Shown here piece after piece: positions 1 through 8,749 of a stretch of DNA of 64,000 nt. The position numbers were made by a program, and so were the translations under genes. Within the stretch, counting starts at the first letter, position 1, and each line of letters starts with the position of its first letter. This DNA is from Thermoplasmata archaeon. Lineage in GTDB: Archaea > Thermoplasmatota > Thermoplasmata > Lutacidiplasmatales > UBA184. The notes under the pieces are model-generated. The model was not told where the DNA came from and made no database searches. It worked only from the letters and a program-made list of their open reading frames with translations. The stretch covers positions 98,770 to 162,769 of the forward strand of contig JAKBSJ010000003.1 in NCBI GenBank assembly GCA_021844945.1, given 5' to 3'.

Positions 1-689
1 GCTGGGACGATCGCACGCGTCGCCTTCTGGTCGCTCCCCATACCCCGTGTCCCATCCTCTACGGGCTCCGATCGCGGACACCGGAGGCGGCGAAGCGCGC
101 AAGGCGCCTTGTTCGCAGCGAGCCCGTCGACCGTTGGGTCTTGTTCCGCACGAACCAAGGCACGGGTGACCATCTTCGAGGGGTCGACATCGGAAGCCTG
201 ACCTCGCTCACGAGCGGGCGCCTACGGGGGCGAGTCACCGCTCCGGCCCGCACCGGGCCGGGGGGGCATGTCACCTTCCCTCTCGCCGATACATCCGGCC
301 GGGTGATCGAGTGCCTGGCGTTCGAGCCGACGAAAACGCTCCCCCGGGTCGCGCGGGTCTTGGACGTAGGCGACCGAATCGCGGTATGGGGATCGCGCGG
401 GATCGGGCCGGCGCTCCGGATCGAGGGGATCGAAGTGCTGCGCTGGAGCGCCACGCGCGGAGCGCGCCTTCCCCCCCGATGCACCCGTTGCTCGCGCCCC
501 GCGCACTCGATGGGCCGCGCGCGGGGGTACCGCTGCCGATCCTGCGGGGCGCGATGGCCTCCCGAATCCGGGCGTCGCGCGGGTCGCCCGCCTCCGTTCC
601 CTCTCGGGGTCTATCACCCGACTCCGAGCGCACGACGCCATCTGGCTCCGCTCGGACCCGAGTCGCCGGGCGACGCGCTCCCTTTTTAG
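1..689 (+). CDS. tiaS: tRNA(Ile2) 2-agmatinylcytidine synthetase TiaS, C-terminal part (5'-truncated at window edge)
   Basis: Frame 3 is open from nt 3 to TAG at 687-689. Translation reads ...HTPCPILYGLRS..., then an OB-fold-like segment and a CxxC...CxxC zinc ribbon (CTRCSRP...YRCRSCG), which is the TiaS C-terminal layout. Confidence 0.7.
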   Translation, partial: WDDRTRRLLVAPHTPCPILYGLRSRTPEAAKRARRLVRSEPVDRWVLFRTNQGTGDHLRGVDIGSLTSLTSGRLRGRVTAPARTGPGGHVTFPLADTSGRVIECLAFEPTKTLPRVARVLDVGDRIAVWGSRGIGPALRIEGIEVLRWSATRGARLPPRCTRCSRPAHSMGRARGYRCRSCGARWPPESGRRAGRPPPFPLGVYHPTPSARRHLAPLGPESPGDALPF

Positions 690-699
690 ACGGCCCTCG

Positions 700-2013
700 G
701 TGCCGGGAGGGATGGTGGGCGCCCCGCTCAAGGGATTTCGAGACTACCCGCCCCCCGACGCGGGGGCCCGTTCACAGATCCGCTCGCGAATGCGCGCGGC
801 CGCGCGACGGAGCGGGTTCGTGGAGCTGGAGACCCCGAGCGTCGAGTCGCTCGACCTATTCACGACCAAGAGCGGCGAGGAGATCGTCCGCCAGCTCTGG
901 GATTTTACGGATAAGGGAGGGCGGCACGTCGCGCTGGTCCCCGAAACGACCCCGTCCCTCGCTCGGGTCTATGGGGCCCGCGCCAAGGCCGAGCCGCTCC
1001 CGGTCAAGTGGTTCACGATCTCCAAGCTCTGGCGGTTCGAGGACCCTCAAGCGGGACGCGAGCGGGAATTCTCCCAGTTCAATCTCGACATCCTTGGAGT
1101 GCCCGGGATTGAGGCCGAGGTCGAGGTCCTCGCGACCTCCGCCGCGGTGCTCGATAGCAGCGGAGCCGAGGGGCTCTACACGTTCCGCGTCAATGACCGG
1201 GCTCTCGCCGAGGGGATCGGGAGAGCTCGAGGGATTCGGGAAACGGCCCCGTACTTCCATGCCGTCGACCGCTTTCGCAAGAGCCCGCCCGAGGAGTTCC
1301 TCGCGGAACTGGCGCGCGCGGGTCTTTCTCCTGGGGACGCGCGCGATCTGAACGAGTTGTTCCGTTCGGTAGCTATGGGCGTGCGCCCGGCCGATGCGGG
1401 CCCGTTCTTCGAGCGCCTCGCCTCCCTCGGTCTGGATGCGGCCGCGCGCGAGGGACTCGAACGGTTGCGCGGGATCCTGGATCTGGCCGAGGCCGCCGGG
1501 ATCGTCGATCGCATCGTCGTGGACCCGACCGTCGTGCGCGGCCTCGCCTACTACACATCCTCCGTGTTCGAGGCGTTCGCCGCTTCCGGCGACGGACGAT
1601 CTCTCTTCGGAGGGGGACGCTACGATCATCTCATCGAACTCTTCGGCGGCCCGCCGACCCCCGCGGTGGGACTCGCGATCGGCGACCAGACCCTGGAGGA
1701 CCTGCTCCGCGAGAACCAGCGCTGGCCCGATGGCGAGCCTCCGCTCGAGACGTACGTGATCTGCGTGCGCGAGGACCTGCGCGGCGAGGCTACCCGCATC
1801 GTTCAGGTCCTGCGATCCCGCGGCATCAGCGCCGACCGGGACCTACTGGGCCGGTCGTTCGCACGGCAGCTCAGGGAAGCCGCGCGTCGGCGTGCGCGGC
1901 GCGTGTGGCTCCTGGGTCTGAAGGAGGTCGGTCCGGATGCGATCGTCGAGCGTGATCTTTCGACGGGCGCACAGCGGGAGTTCCCACGGAGTGAGGTTCA
2001 ACGCTCGGAGTGA
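700..2013 (+). CDS. hisS: Histidyl-tRNA synthetase
   Basis: 437-aa ORF with class-II HisRS motifs (KGFRDYPP, VPETTPSLARVY, RFEDPQAGREREFSQFNLDILG, GGGRYD) and a C-terminal anticodon-binding domain. Start is GTG 700 or ATG 712. Confidence 0.93.
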   Translation: MPGGMVGAPLKGFRDYPPPDAGARSQIRSRMRAAARRSGFVELETPSVESLDLFTTKSGEEIVRQLWDFTDKGGRHVALVPETTPSLARVYGARAKAEPLPVKWFTISKLWRFEDPQAGREREFSQFNLDILGVPGIEAEVEVLATSAAVLDSSGAEGLYTFRVNDRALAEGIGRARGIRETAPYFHAVDRFRKSPPEEFLAELARAGLSPGDARDLNELFRSVAMGVRPADAGPFFERLASLGLDAAAREGLERLRGILDLAEAAGIVDRIVVDPTVVRGLAYYTSSVFEAFAASGDGRSLFGGGRYDHLIELFGGPPTPAVGLAIGDQTLEDLLRENQRWPDGEPPLETYVICVREDLRGEATRIVQVLRSRGISADRDLLGRSFARQLREAARRRARRVWLLGLKEVGPDAIVERDLSTGAQREFPRSEVQRSE

Positions 2014-2755
2014 GCCCTTCGATCGTTTCCGCGTCCCAGAGGAGGATCCCCGGAGGCGAGGCCGCGTTGTCGATGTAGCCGTACCAATACACGACCGCCC
2101 CCTCGCCGAAGAGCTCGGTATAGGGACCGAGCTGGCGGCGTAGGTTCTTGCGCAACTCAACGTCGTCGCCGAAGTTGGCCTTCGACTCGATCCAAGTGAT
2201 CTTCTGTCCGTAGAAGTAGATCGGATCGTCCAAGAGCGCGTCCGGCGTCTTCACGAACTTCCCGCGCAGCTCACCCTCCGTCCGGTATCCCACGCCGTGC
2301 CGCTCGAGCCATCGCTGGAGGCGCTCCTCGCCCTCCTTTCCTCGCGCGCGTTGGAGTTCCATCCCGTGCGGGGAGTAAATGAGATCGGCTTCGAGGAGCT
2401 GGCCGACCTCGGTGCGCAATCGCGCGTCCGGAGCGGTCTCGGGATGCAGGAAGACCTGCCAGACCTTACGTCGCGGGATTCCGAGCTCTTTCAACATCAT
2501 CTGGCCCATGAGCACCGGCGGAAACCGCCATTCCCGCGCGATGTCGAGCATCGATCGACCGCGCTTCCACTGCGATGCCATCCGGGACATCTGGCGCTGG
2601 ATGGGATAGAATCGGCGGGTCGCGTCGCGCGTGACGCGATGCGTGTGGATGACGAAGAGCAGGTTCTCATCCCGGTGCTCCTCGTGCGCGATGCGGTGGA
2701 CGTCCTCCACGGTCGCGAGTGCGTCGTACAGGCGCTGGTAGGTCGCTCGGTCCAT
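1871..2755 (-). CDS. TPD-motif / CDIN1 (C15orf41)-like PD-(D/E)XK nuclease-fold protein
   Basis: 294-aa ORF with G/C-rich third codon positions. The segment KTPDALLDDPIYFYGQKITWIESKANFGD matches the TPD ... (E/D)SK core of the TPD/C15orf41 family. The last roughly 45 codons run antisense over the hisS 3' end. Confidence 0.55.
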   Translation of the reverse strand: MDRATYQRLYDALATVEDVHRIAHEEHRDENLLFVIHTHRVTRDATRRFYPIQRQMSRMASQWKRGRSMLDIAREWRFPPVLMGQMMLKELGIPRRKVWQVFLHPETAPDARLRTEVGQLLEADLIYSPHGMELQRARGKEGEERLQRWLERHGVGYRTEGELRGKFVKTPDALLDDPIYFYGQKITWIESKANFGDDVELRKNLRRQLGPYTELFGEGAVVYWYGYIDNAASPPGILLWDAETIEGLTPSVEPHSVGTPAVRPSKDHARRSHPDRPPSDPGATRAAHADARLP

Positions 2756-2825
2756 CGACGTCTCTCGGAAGCCTCGAAAGGTTCACCCCATCCACGCCCG
2801 GGCGCACAAAACGTTGGCCGGACCA

Positions 2826-3641
2826 CTACGGGTCCCAGTCCACGCCGAGCGTCCGCTCGCCGATCTTCGGGATCGGCGGGGTCCGACGCTTGTGCCGATG
2901 GGTTACGATCCGCTGCGCGTACTGACGTACGCGCTCGAGGGGTTGCCCGGTACGAACCGCGATTTCCTCCTCAGAAATCCCTCGCTCGAAGCCCCGGAGA
3001 ATCCGGTCCAGTTGGGGGTAGGGAAGACCGAGTTCCTCCTCGTCGGTCTGGCCCGCCCATAACCCGGCGGTCGGTGGCCGTTCGCGGATCGAGCGCGGGA
3101 GATGGAGCTGGGCCGATAATTCCCACACTTCGGTCTTGTACAGGTCCCCGATGGGCAAGAGATCCGCACCACCGTCGCCGTACTTCGTAAAGTATCCGAG
3201 CAAGAGCTCGGACTTGTTCCCCGTGCCGACCACTACGCGCCGCTTCTCCCGTGCCAGGGAGTACAAGAGAGCCATCCGGATCCGGGCTTTCGTGTTACCG
3301 ACCGTCACCCGGTCGGTGATCTCGGGGAGCGTGGAACCGAACGCCGATTCGATCTGCTCGATGCCGAGACTGCGGTACTCGATCTCCAGCGATCGAGCGT
3401 ATTGGTCGGTCTCTCGCGCGAGGTCCCCCGGATAGGATGCGTCCGGCATCGAGACGCCCAGGACCTTCTCCGCACCGAGCGCGTCGCGGGCAAGGCGGGC
3501 GACGAGGGCGCTATCGACCCCCCCCGAGAGACCGACGATCGCTCCTTCGTTGCCGTGGTTGAGACAATGCGAGCTCAAGAACGCCGTGATGGTGTCGACG
3601 GCATGGCCGGGAAGATGGGGGACGAGGTCGTCCGGGCTCAT
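2826..3641 (-). CDS. nadE: NH3-dependent NAD+ synthetase
   Basis: PP-loop SGGVDS, GTGNKSE and the LDxxL tail typical of NadE. ATG at 3641 forms an ATGA overlap with the stop of the upstream gene, so the longer track ORF (to 3695) was trimmed. Confidence 0.9.
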   Translation of the reverse strand: MSPDDLVPHLPGHAVDTITAFLSSHCLNHGNEGAIVGLSGGVDSALVARLARDALGAEKVLGVSMPDASYPGDLARETDQYARSLEIEYRSLGIEQIESAFGSTLPEITDRVTVGNTKARIRMALLYSLAREKRRVVVGTGNKSELLLGYFTKYGDGGADLLPIGDLYKTEVWELSAQLHLPRSIRERPPTAGLWAGQTDEEELGLPYPQLDRILRGFERGISEEEIAVRTGQPLERVRQYAQRIVTHRHKRRTPPIPKIGERTLGVDWDP

Positions 3642-4657
3642 GCCTCGACCCCGAGTACCTCCAGTCGACGCAGCGCCGAGTACTCCGGCCGGCACGCACA
3701 GTCCAAATCGTCCAGTCCGTCAAACGTTTGGTCGAGGGATGCCTCCCGGATCGCCGCGAGTACCTTCGCGTCGCACTCGCCGCAATTGTGCGGCCCTCGG
3801 TGCAGTCCCCCGGCGGTCGGGAACGACACGAGCCGGCTCGGTCCCCGCACAACGGCTCCTCGGCGCAGCCCCTCGACGACGCTCCACAGCCAGGGCGGGC
3901 GGTAGCGGCCCCGGTGGTAGAGCCACTCCACGACGGTCCCGTTCTGGATGTGCACGGGATTGATCGACAGCGCGTCAAAGTGCTTGGCCGCGGCCCCGAT
4001 ACTGCGGACGACGTCCTCCACCGACTCTTCTTCCGTCAGGTACGGCGGCTTGAGCAGGAGGTACCCTTTCGCCCGGGCTCCAAGAGACCGCACGCGATCG
4101 GCTGCCGCGAGGTACTCGTCCGGCGACGCACCCTTGTTGATGTATCGCCGCAGGATGGTGGGGTCGGTCGACTCGAGACCGAGCGCGACCTCGAGCTCTC
4201 CCGGGAACTCATCCTTCAGCGGTCCCAGGGTGGCGTCCGTCGGGAACTCCGGCAACGTCTCGAACAGGAGGCGACGGGCCCCCGAGAACGTGCGAACGAG
4301 GGCGAGACGGCTCGCGGGATCCACCTCCCGGTCGTCCAAGAAACTTCCTGACGTGTAGATCTTCACGTACGGCTCGCCGCGGTAGTGGCGCACCGCGTGC
4401 TGCAGCTGGGCGGCGAGCTCCCCGGGCGTGGCCGAGCGCCCGAGAGTGTCCTTGGAGTACCCGCACATCGAGCACCCCTTCAGGTCGGCCCAATAGCAGC
4501 CGCGCGTCTTCAGGATCAAAACGAACGCCGGAACGCGCTCGCGCCCGATCGCTTCCGGCTCGACCCATTGGTTCACGTACCTCGAGGCCGCTTCGGGCGG
4601 CGCAGGTTCGGGGCGGCGCTCGGCGGCGACCCGACGTGCCAGCGAGGGCGTCGTCAC
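3638..4657 (-). CDS. Radical SAM protein of the archaeosine-synthesis RaSEA / TIGR01210 family
   Basis: Cys cluster GCYWADLKGCSMCGY followed by a TIM-barrel-like radical SAM core (IYTSGSFLD, LGLES) and a C-terminal Cys-rich region. GTG at 4657 overlaps the rbkR stop (GTGA). The upstream part of the track ORF is Arg-rich non-protein-like sequence. Confidence 0.65.
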   Translation of the reverse strand: MTTPSLARRVAAERRPEPAPPEAASRYVNQWVEPEAIGRERVPAFVLILKTRGCYWADLKGCSMCGYSKDTLGRSATPGELAAQLQHAVRHYRGEPYVKIYTSGSFLDDREVDPASRLALVRTFSGARRLLFETLPEFPTDATLGPLKDEFPGELEVALGLESTDPTILRRYINKGASPDEYLAAADRVRSLGARAKGYLLLKPPYLTEEESVEDVVRSIGAAAKHFDALSINPVHIQNGTVVEWLYHRGRYRPPWLWSVVEGLRRGAVVRGPSRLVSFPTAGGLHRGPHNCGECDAKVLAAIREASLDQTFDGLDDLDCACRPEYSALRRLEVLGVEA

Positions 4658-5364
4658 GTCTCCTCGAGCTCGATGTCGATCGGGCTTGCGTCGGCGAGCT
4701 TGAGCGTCTCCCGCAGCGAAACCGGAGCAACGAACTCCACGACATCCTCGTAGTGAGTCCGGTCGGGCCGGATGAGATGACCCGGGGAGCCCCCGATCTT
4801 CGCCGGGATGCATGTCGCACCCCCGAAGGTCCTGCCGCTCGCCTGGAAACCGTCGATGCGCACCCCCGTCCACTGCTTGACCATCGCGGCACGCCGCAGC
4901 ATCTCCCCCTCGAGACGCACATTGAGGGTGCCCGGGAACGGAGCGTAGCCAATCCGTGGAGGGAACTGTTCCGCGTACCCGGGCTGACTCAGATAGTACC
5001 GCCCCTCTCCTAGCCCGGACACCACGATACCGTGAAGCTGGAGGCGACTCGGGCCCTCAAAGATGCGGCGAAACGACTGGTATTCCGCCCGGAGCGCGTC
5101 GAGGCCCTGGGGGGTGAGGCTGAGCCGAGGGCGCCGACCGTGTAACGTCCTCGAGATGTCGCCGGATCGCTCCAACGCCAGAAGGTGCCGGTTCGCCGCT
5201 TGCTGACTCATCGCAATCCGTTGGCCGACTTCGCGCGATGTCACCTCGATCGTACCGCGATCCGCGCCCGCCATCGCGAGCGCGCGCAGCACGCGAAGTT
5301 CCTCGGAACGGGAGCGGTTCGAGCGCGTCTTCGCGGGATTCGAGGAGTTCGACGCCGTGCTCAT
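4654..5364 (-). CDS. rbkR: Winged-HTH regulator fused to CTP-dependent riboflavin kinase (RbkR-like)
   Basis: The N-terminal MarR-like wHTH (EVTSREVGQRIAMSQQAANRHLLALERSGDI) is fused to the archaeal riboflavin kinase core (GIVVSGLGEGRYY, PFPGTLNV, PDRTHY). ATG 5364 was chosen as start. Confidence 0.75.
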   Translation of the reverse strand: MSTASNSSNPAKTRSNRSRSEELRVLRALAMAGADRGTIEVTSREVGQRIAMSQQAANRHLLALERSGDISRTLHGRRPRLSLTPQGLDALRAEYQSFRRIFEGPSRLQLHGIVVSGLGEGRYYLSQPGYAEQFPPRIGYAPFPGTLNVRLEGEMLRRAAMVKQWTGVRIDGFQASGRTFGGATCIPAKIGGSPGHLIRPDRTHYEDVVEFVAPVSLRETLKLADASPIDIELEET

Positions 5365-5543
5365 GTCCTTAACGGGGCCACGAATAGCCCCACCTTCTGG
5401 CGCTCTGTGATCATGACGTACGCGTTCTCCGAGGAGCCGGTCGCACGACCCGTGCCCCCCTTTCCGAGGGGAGCGGGCCATTTCTTTAAAGGTCACCCAA
5501 CCACGGCACTTGACGTTTTGAGGTCGTTGGTGCTCGTTCGGAT

Positions 5544-6710
5544 ATGTCCGGTGGATCGCCGGTCGCCCGCGGTCTCGACGGGCTGACCGTGGGACGGTCG
5601 AAAATCAGCTGGGTCGACGGTGAGCTTGGCTCCCTCGTGTATCGGGGCTTCGACGTCCGCGAACTCGTTCCCGGGACCCCCTACGAATCCGTGGCCCACC
5701 TATTGCTGTACGGTGATCCTCCGCCCGAGGACCCGTCGCGCCAGGTCCGCGACGCGCTCTCGGCGCGACGCCAGCTCTCCCCGGAAGTCGTTCGGGTCGT
5801 CGACGCCTTGCCGGCGAACGAGCCCCCTCTGGATGCTCTGCGGACGCTGATCTCCGCGATCGGAATGGGACAGTACGACTACCCCCCCAAGGTCGAGGAG
5901 GGACTCGACCTGATGGCACGACTGCCTCTCGTGTTCGCGCGATTCTTCCGTCGCAGTCAGGGGCTCGAGCCTGTCCCTATCGATCCTCGCATGGGTCAGG
6001 TCGAGACGTACCTCCACCAACTCTTCGGGAGCCACCCGGAACCGCGGCGCGTGCGGGCCCTCGAAGGGTACTTCGACTTACTCGCGGACCACGGAATGAA
6101 CGCCTCGACGTTCGCTCTGTGCATCGCGATCTCGACCGAGTCAGATCTGGTGAGCGCGGCGACCGCCGCGCTGGCCGTGCTCAAGGGACGTCGGCACGGC
6201 GGAGCCCCCAGCCTTGTCCTCGACATGCTCGATGCGATCCCGGACCCCGATCGCGCCGAGCGCTGGATCGAGGACCGACTCGACCGGAAGGAGCTTGTCT
6301 TTGGCTTCGGGCATCGCGTCTACAAGGTCGAAGACCCGCGCTCCGAACTCTTGCACGAGCTCGCGCGCGGCGTCGGGGATCCCGATCGGATCGCCCTCGC
6401 CGAGCGGATCGAGAGGGCCGCCCTTGCCGCGTTGCGGCGCCGCCACCCGAACGCGCGGATCTACACGAACGTGGAATTCTACGCCGCGCTACTGCTCGAG
6501 GCGGTCGGTCTCCCCCGTACGTGCTTCACGCCGACGTTCGCGATTGCGCGAGCCGCCGGATGGGCCGCTCATGCGCTCGAACAATCCGACGGGAATCGGG
6601 TCATCCGGCCGGATGTAGAGTACGAGGGGCCGGCTCCGGGCCGACGATGGCCTCACGAACGGCCGGATCGAGTGTCTCCGACGGGGGCGCGACCAACCGC
6701 GGTCTCTTAA
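5544..6710 (+). CDS. gltA: Citrate synthase
   Basis: 388 aa with the GFGHRVYKVEDPR signature, DHGMNASTF, and overall citrate synthase length and layout. Confidence 0.92.
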   Translation: MSGGSPVARGLDGLTVGRSKISWVDGELGSLVYRGFDVRELVPGTPYESVAHLLLYGDPPPEDPSRQVRDALSARRQLSPEVVRVVDALPANEPPLDALRTLISAIGMGQYDYPPKVEEGLDLMARLPLVFARFFRRSQGLEPVPIDPRMGQVETYLHQLFGSHPEPRRVRALEGYFDLLADHGMNASTFALCIAISTESDLVSAATAALAVLKGRRHGGAPSLVLDMLDAIPDPDRAERWIEDRLDRKELVFGFGHRVYKVEDPRSELLHELARGVGDPDRIALAERIERAALAALRRRHPNARIYTNVEFYAALLLEAVGLPRTCFTPTFAIARAAGWAAHALEQSDGNRVIRPDVEYEGPAPGRRWPHERPDRVSPTGARPTAVS

Positions 6711-6737
6711 GGGATCACTAGATCGGTTCGCTCGAGC

Positions 6738-6977
6738 ATGGGGACGATGGTTTCCTATCGCGCGACGCGCCGAGTACCCGCATCCACCTTGATGACGGGA
6801 GGCGCCACGCTTGCATTCCTCGGTTTCCTCGTGGCTGTCATCTCGGCCGTCCTGGTGAATGCCCTTGCCGAGAGCGCTCCGGCCACGTCCGATCAGATCC
6901 TTTACGCGCTCTACGCCGGCGTGGCCATCATCGCCGTGGGGCTCATCCTCCTCCTTGCCGGGGTCTGGCGCGACTAG
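6738..6977 (+). CDS. Small membrane protein, two predicted TM helices
   Basis: 79-aa ORF with two hydrophobic stretches (GATLAFLGFLVAVISAVLV; LYAGVAIIAVGLILLLAGV) and genome-typical G/C third positions. Confidence 0.45.
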   Translation: MGTMVSYRATRRVPASTLMTGGATLAFLGFLVAVISAVLVNALAESAPATSDQILYALYAGVAIIAVGLILLLAGVWRD

Positions 6978-7035
6978 CGGGACCGCCCGGCGGGCCCGCG
7001 GCGACGGTCGTACGGGGTAGGTCGCCCGACCGTCC

Positions 7036-7045
7036 CTTTATTAAG
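7036..7045 (+). promoter_or_regulatory. TATA-box-like element (ctttattaag) about 30 nt upstream of ATG 7075; short or absent leader
   Basis: Isolated A/T-rich decamer in a GC-rich spacer at archaeal promoter distance from the start codon. Confidence 0.35.
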
Positions 7046-7074
7046 CGAGCGCGGGCCGTGTATCCTTCACTACG

Positions 7075-7770
7075 ATGCCGAACCACTGCCCGGACTGCGG
7101 AAGCGCGGTCGAGTTTGAGTCCCGCGCGGCCGAAGTCCGCGTAGGGACGTGCGCCGGATGCGGACACGCCTTCACGGTCCTCGAGGGGAGCGACCTCCCG
7201 GCCGGACATCCCGCGCCGAGCGGTGGCGAGCCCTCTGCCGCGGTGCTGTGCGAGGCTTGCGGTTCGGCCATGATCCTTCGGGCAGGGACCCAAGGCGGGC
7301 TCGTCGCTCACTGCCCGGGCTGCCACGCGGCGATGACGTTCGTCCGATCGGACCGCGCCGCGGAAGGATTCGTTCCGCGCGGCCCCCCTCGACCACCGAT
7401 GGGGGCCCAACGCGGACCGTCCCGACCCTGCCGAGAGTGCGGGGGCCCGTTGACGTTCTCGACGAACGACGACGGAACGATCTCCGCCCGATGTGGATCC
7501 TGCGGCAACCAGTTCACGCTCCCGCCCCGGACCATGGACCGCGGCGGCGATCGGCGGGGATACGGAGGTGGGGGCCGATACGGCCCGCGGGGCGGAGGAC
7601 GCCCCTACGGCGGGGGCAACCGATTCGCCCAAGGCCGCCCCGGTCCGGGCGGCAAGGGCCGATCGTGGCGGCCACGCCCTCGCTTCGACAATGAGCGACG
7701 CACGGACGAAAGCCGCGACGACGATGACAGACGGCCTTCCCGTCGCCGACGACGGGATGACGACTCATAG
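7075..7770 (+). CDS. Triple zinc-ribbon protein with RGG/Gly-Arg-rich and Arg/Asp-rich C-terminal tail
   Basis: Three tandem CxxCG-x(14-16)-CxxC...FT units (CPDCGS..CAGCGHAFT; CEACGS..CPGCHAAMTF; CRECGG..CGSCGNQFT), followed by RGGDRRGYGGGGRYGPRGGGRPYGGGNRF and RDDDDRRPSRRRRRDDDS. Confidence 0.6.
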   Translation: MPNHCPDCGSAVEFESRAAEVRVGTCAGCGHAFTVLEGSDLPAGHPAPSGGEPSAAVLCEACGSAMILRAGTQGGLVAHCPGCHAAMTFVRSDRAAEGFVPRGPPRPPMGAQRGPSRPCRECGGPLTFSTNDDGTISARCGSCGNQFTLPPRTMDRGGDRRGYGGGGRYGPRGGGRPYGGGNRFAQGRPGPGGKGRSWRPRPRFDNERRTDESRDDDDRRPSRRRRRDDDS

Positions 7771-8749
7771 TTCCGCTTCTCGAGCCAAGGCGAAGTGGCC
7801 CTCGGTGGCCCCCGCGCTTCGACTGCGGACGCTCTCACGAGGATCGCGGAAACCGGCGATACCCGTCCTGAGGGATTCGTTTCACGGGTACTATCGGTGG
7901 CATGCGAAGAGAACGCTCCGCGATATCGAACGGGTCCGCGCGGCCTACCGTGCCCGAGAGCTCGTCGGCATCTCCATGGTCGAGCTCCTTCGACCGACCG
8001 TCGGGTACGTGAACTACCTCGCGATCGCACCGAGCCGACGTGGCCAGGGGATCGGGGGCGTCCTACTCGACGACGCGCTGGCTCACTTCGTTCGCTCTCG
8101 TGCCCGCATCGTGTTCGCGGCCGCGGAAAAAACGAACCGAGCTTCGATCCGTCTGCTTAAGTCCAGAGGGTTTCGCGGGACCCGGGTCCACGAGCGGCCT
8201 TGGACGGAGGGGGGCCTAGGCGCTTGGGGTCTCAGGTCGCGGATGCACCTCGTCGCCGGAGAGGTCGTACTCGCCCGCCACGTAGATCCGACGAACCTCC
8301 CTCGGGGCGCTCCCCTTCCGACGAAGGAAGTTCTCTCCGCCGTGCCGGACGCGAGACGTCGAACGTCCCGCCCCCCGTACCGGTTGGACGCTCCTTCAAC
8401 GGTGCAGATAGGTCATCAACCAGGAATGGACGGAAGGGATACGGTTCTGGTAGAGCGTCAGGTGGCCATCCTCCTCGGTGAGGTTCTGAACGGCGTGCGG
8501 AATGTGGTCACGGAGCCATTGACCGTGAGCGAACGGGACGAAGCGATCCTGTTTCCCCTGCCACAGGGTGAGGGGCGAACGTATCTCCTCGAGCGAGAAT
8601 CCCCACGGGCCCACGAAGGCGAGGTCATCGTCCCTCCATCCGGCCACGCCGGGCCGGAGCCCTTGGCGGGTGGCGTCGATCAAATAGGATCCGAGCGATG
8701 CGAAGACCGACTTGTCGATGGGGCTGAGCAAGCTTTCGAGGTCCCGTAG
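7757..8749 (+). CDS. GNAT family N-acetyltransferase with a long run-on C-terminus
   Basis: Acetyl-CoA motif A is present (YLAIAPSRRGQGIGGVLLDDAL, then NRASIRLLKSRGF). ATG 7757 lies 14 nt inside the preceding gene; an alternative GTG is at 7805. There is no in-frame stop until 8749, so the last roughly 150 codons have no GNAT-like sequence; those from 8396 to 8749 lie antisense to the hydrolase gene. Confidence 0.55.
   Translation: MTTHSSASRAKAKWPSVAPALRLRTLSRGSRKPAIPVLRDSFHGYYRWHAKRTLRDIERVRAAYRARELVGISMVELLRPTVGYVNYLAIAPSRRGQGIGGVLLDDALAHFVRSRARIVFAAAEKTNRASIRLLKSRGFRGTRVHERPWTEGGLGAWGLRSRMHLVAGEVVLARHVDPTNLPRGAPLPTKEVLSAVPDARRRTSRPPYRLDAPSTVQIGHQPGMDGRDTVLVERQVAILLGEVLNGVRNVVTEPLTVSERDEAILFPLPQGEGRTYLLERESPRAHEGEVIVPPSGHAGPEPLAGGVDQIGSERCEDRLVDGAEQAFEVP

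Noticed and set aside
7493-7756. Upstream 88 codons of the track ORF that contains the GNAT
   Set aside because: This part lies entirely within the zinc-ribbon gene in another frame and reads as Ala/Arg/Thr low-complexity sequence. The GNAT was started at ATG 7757 instead.
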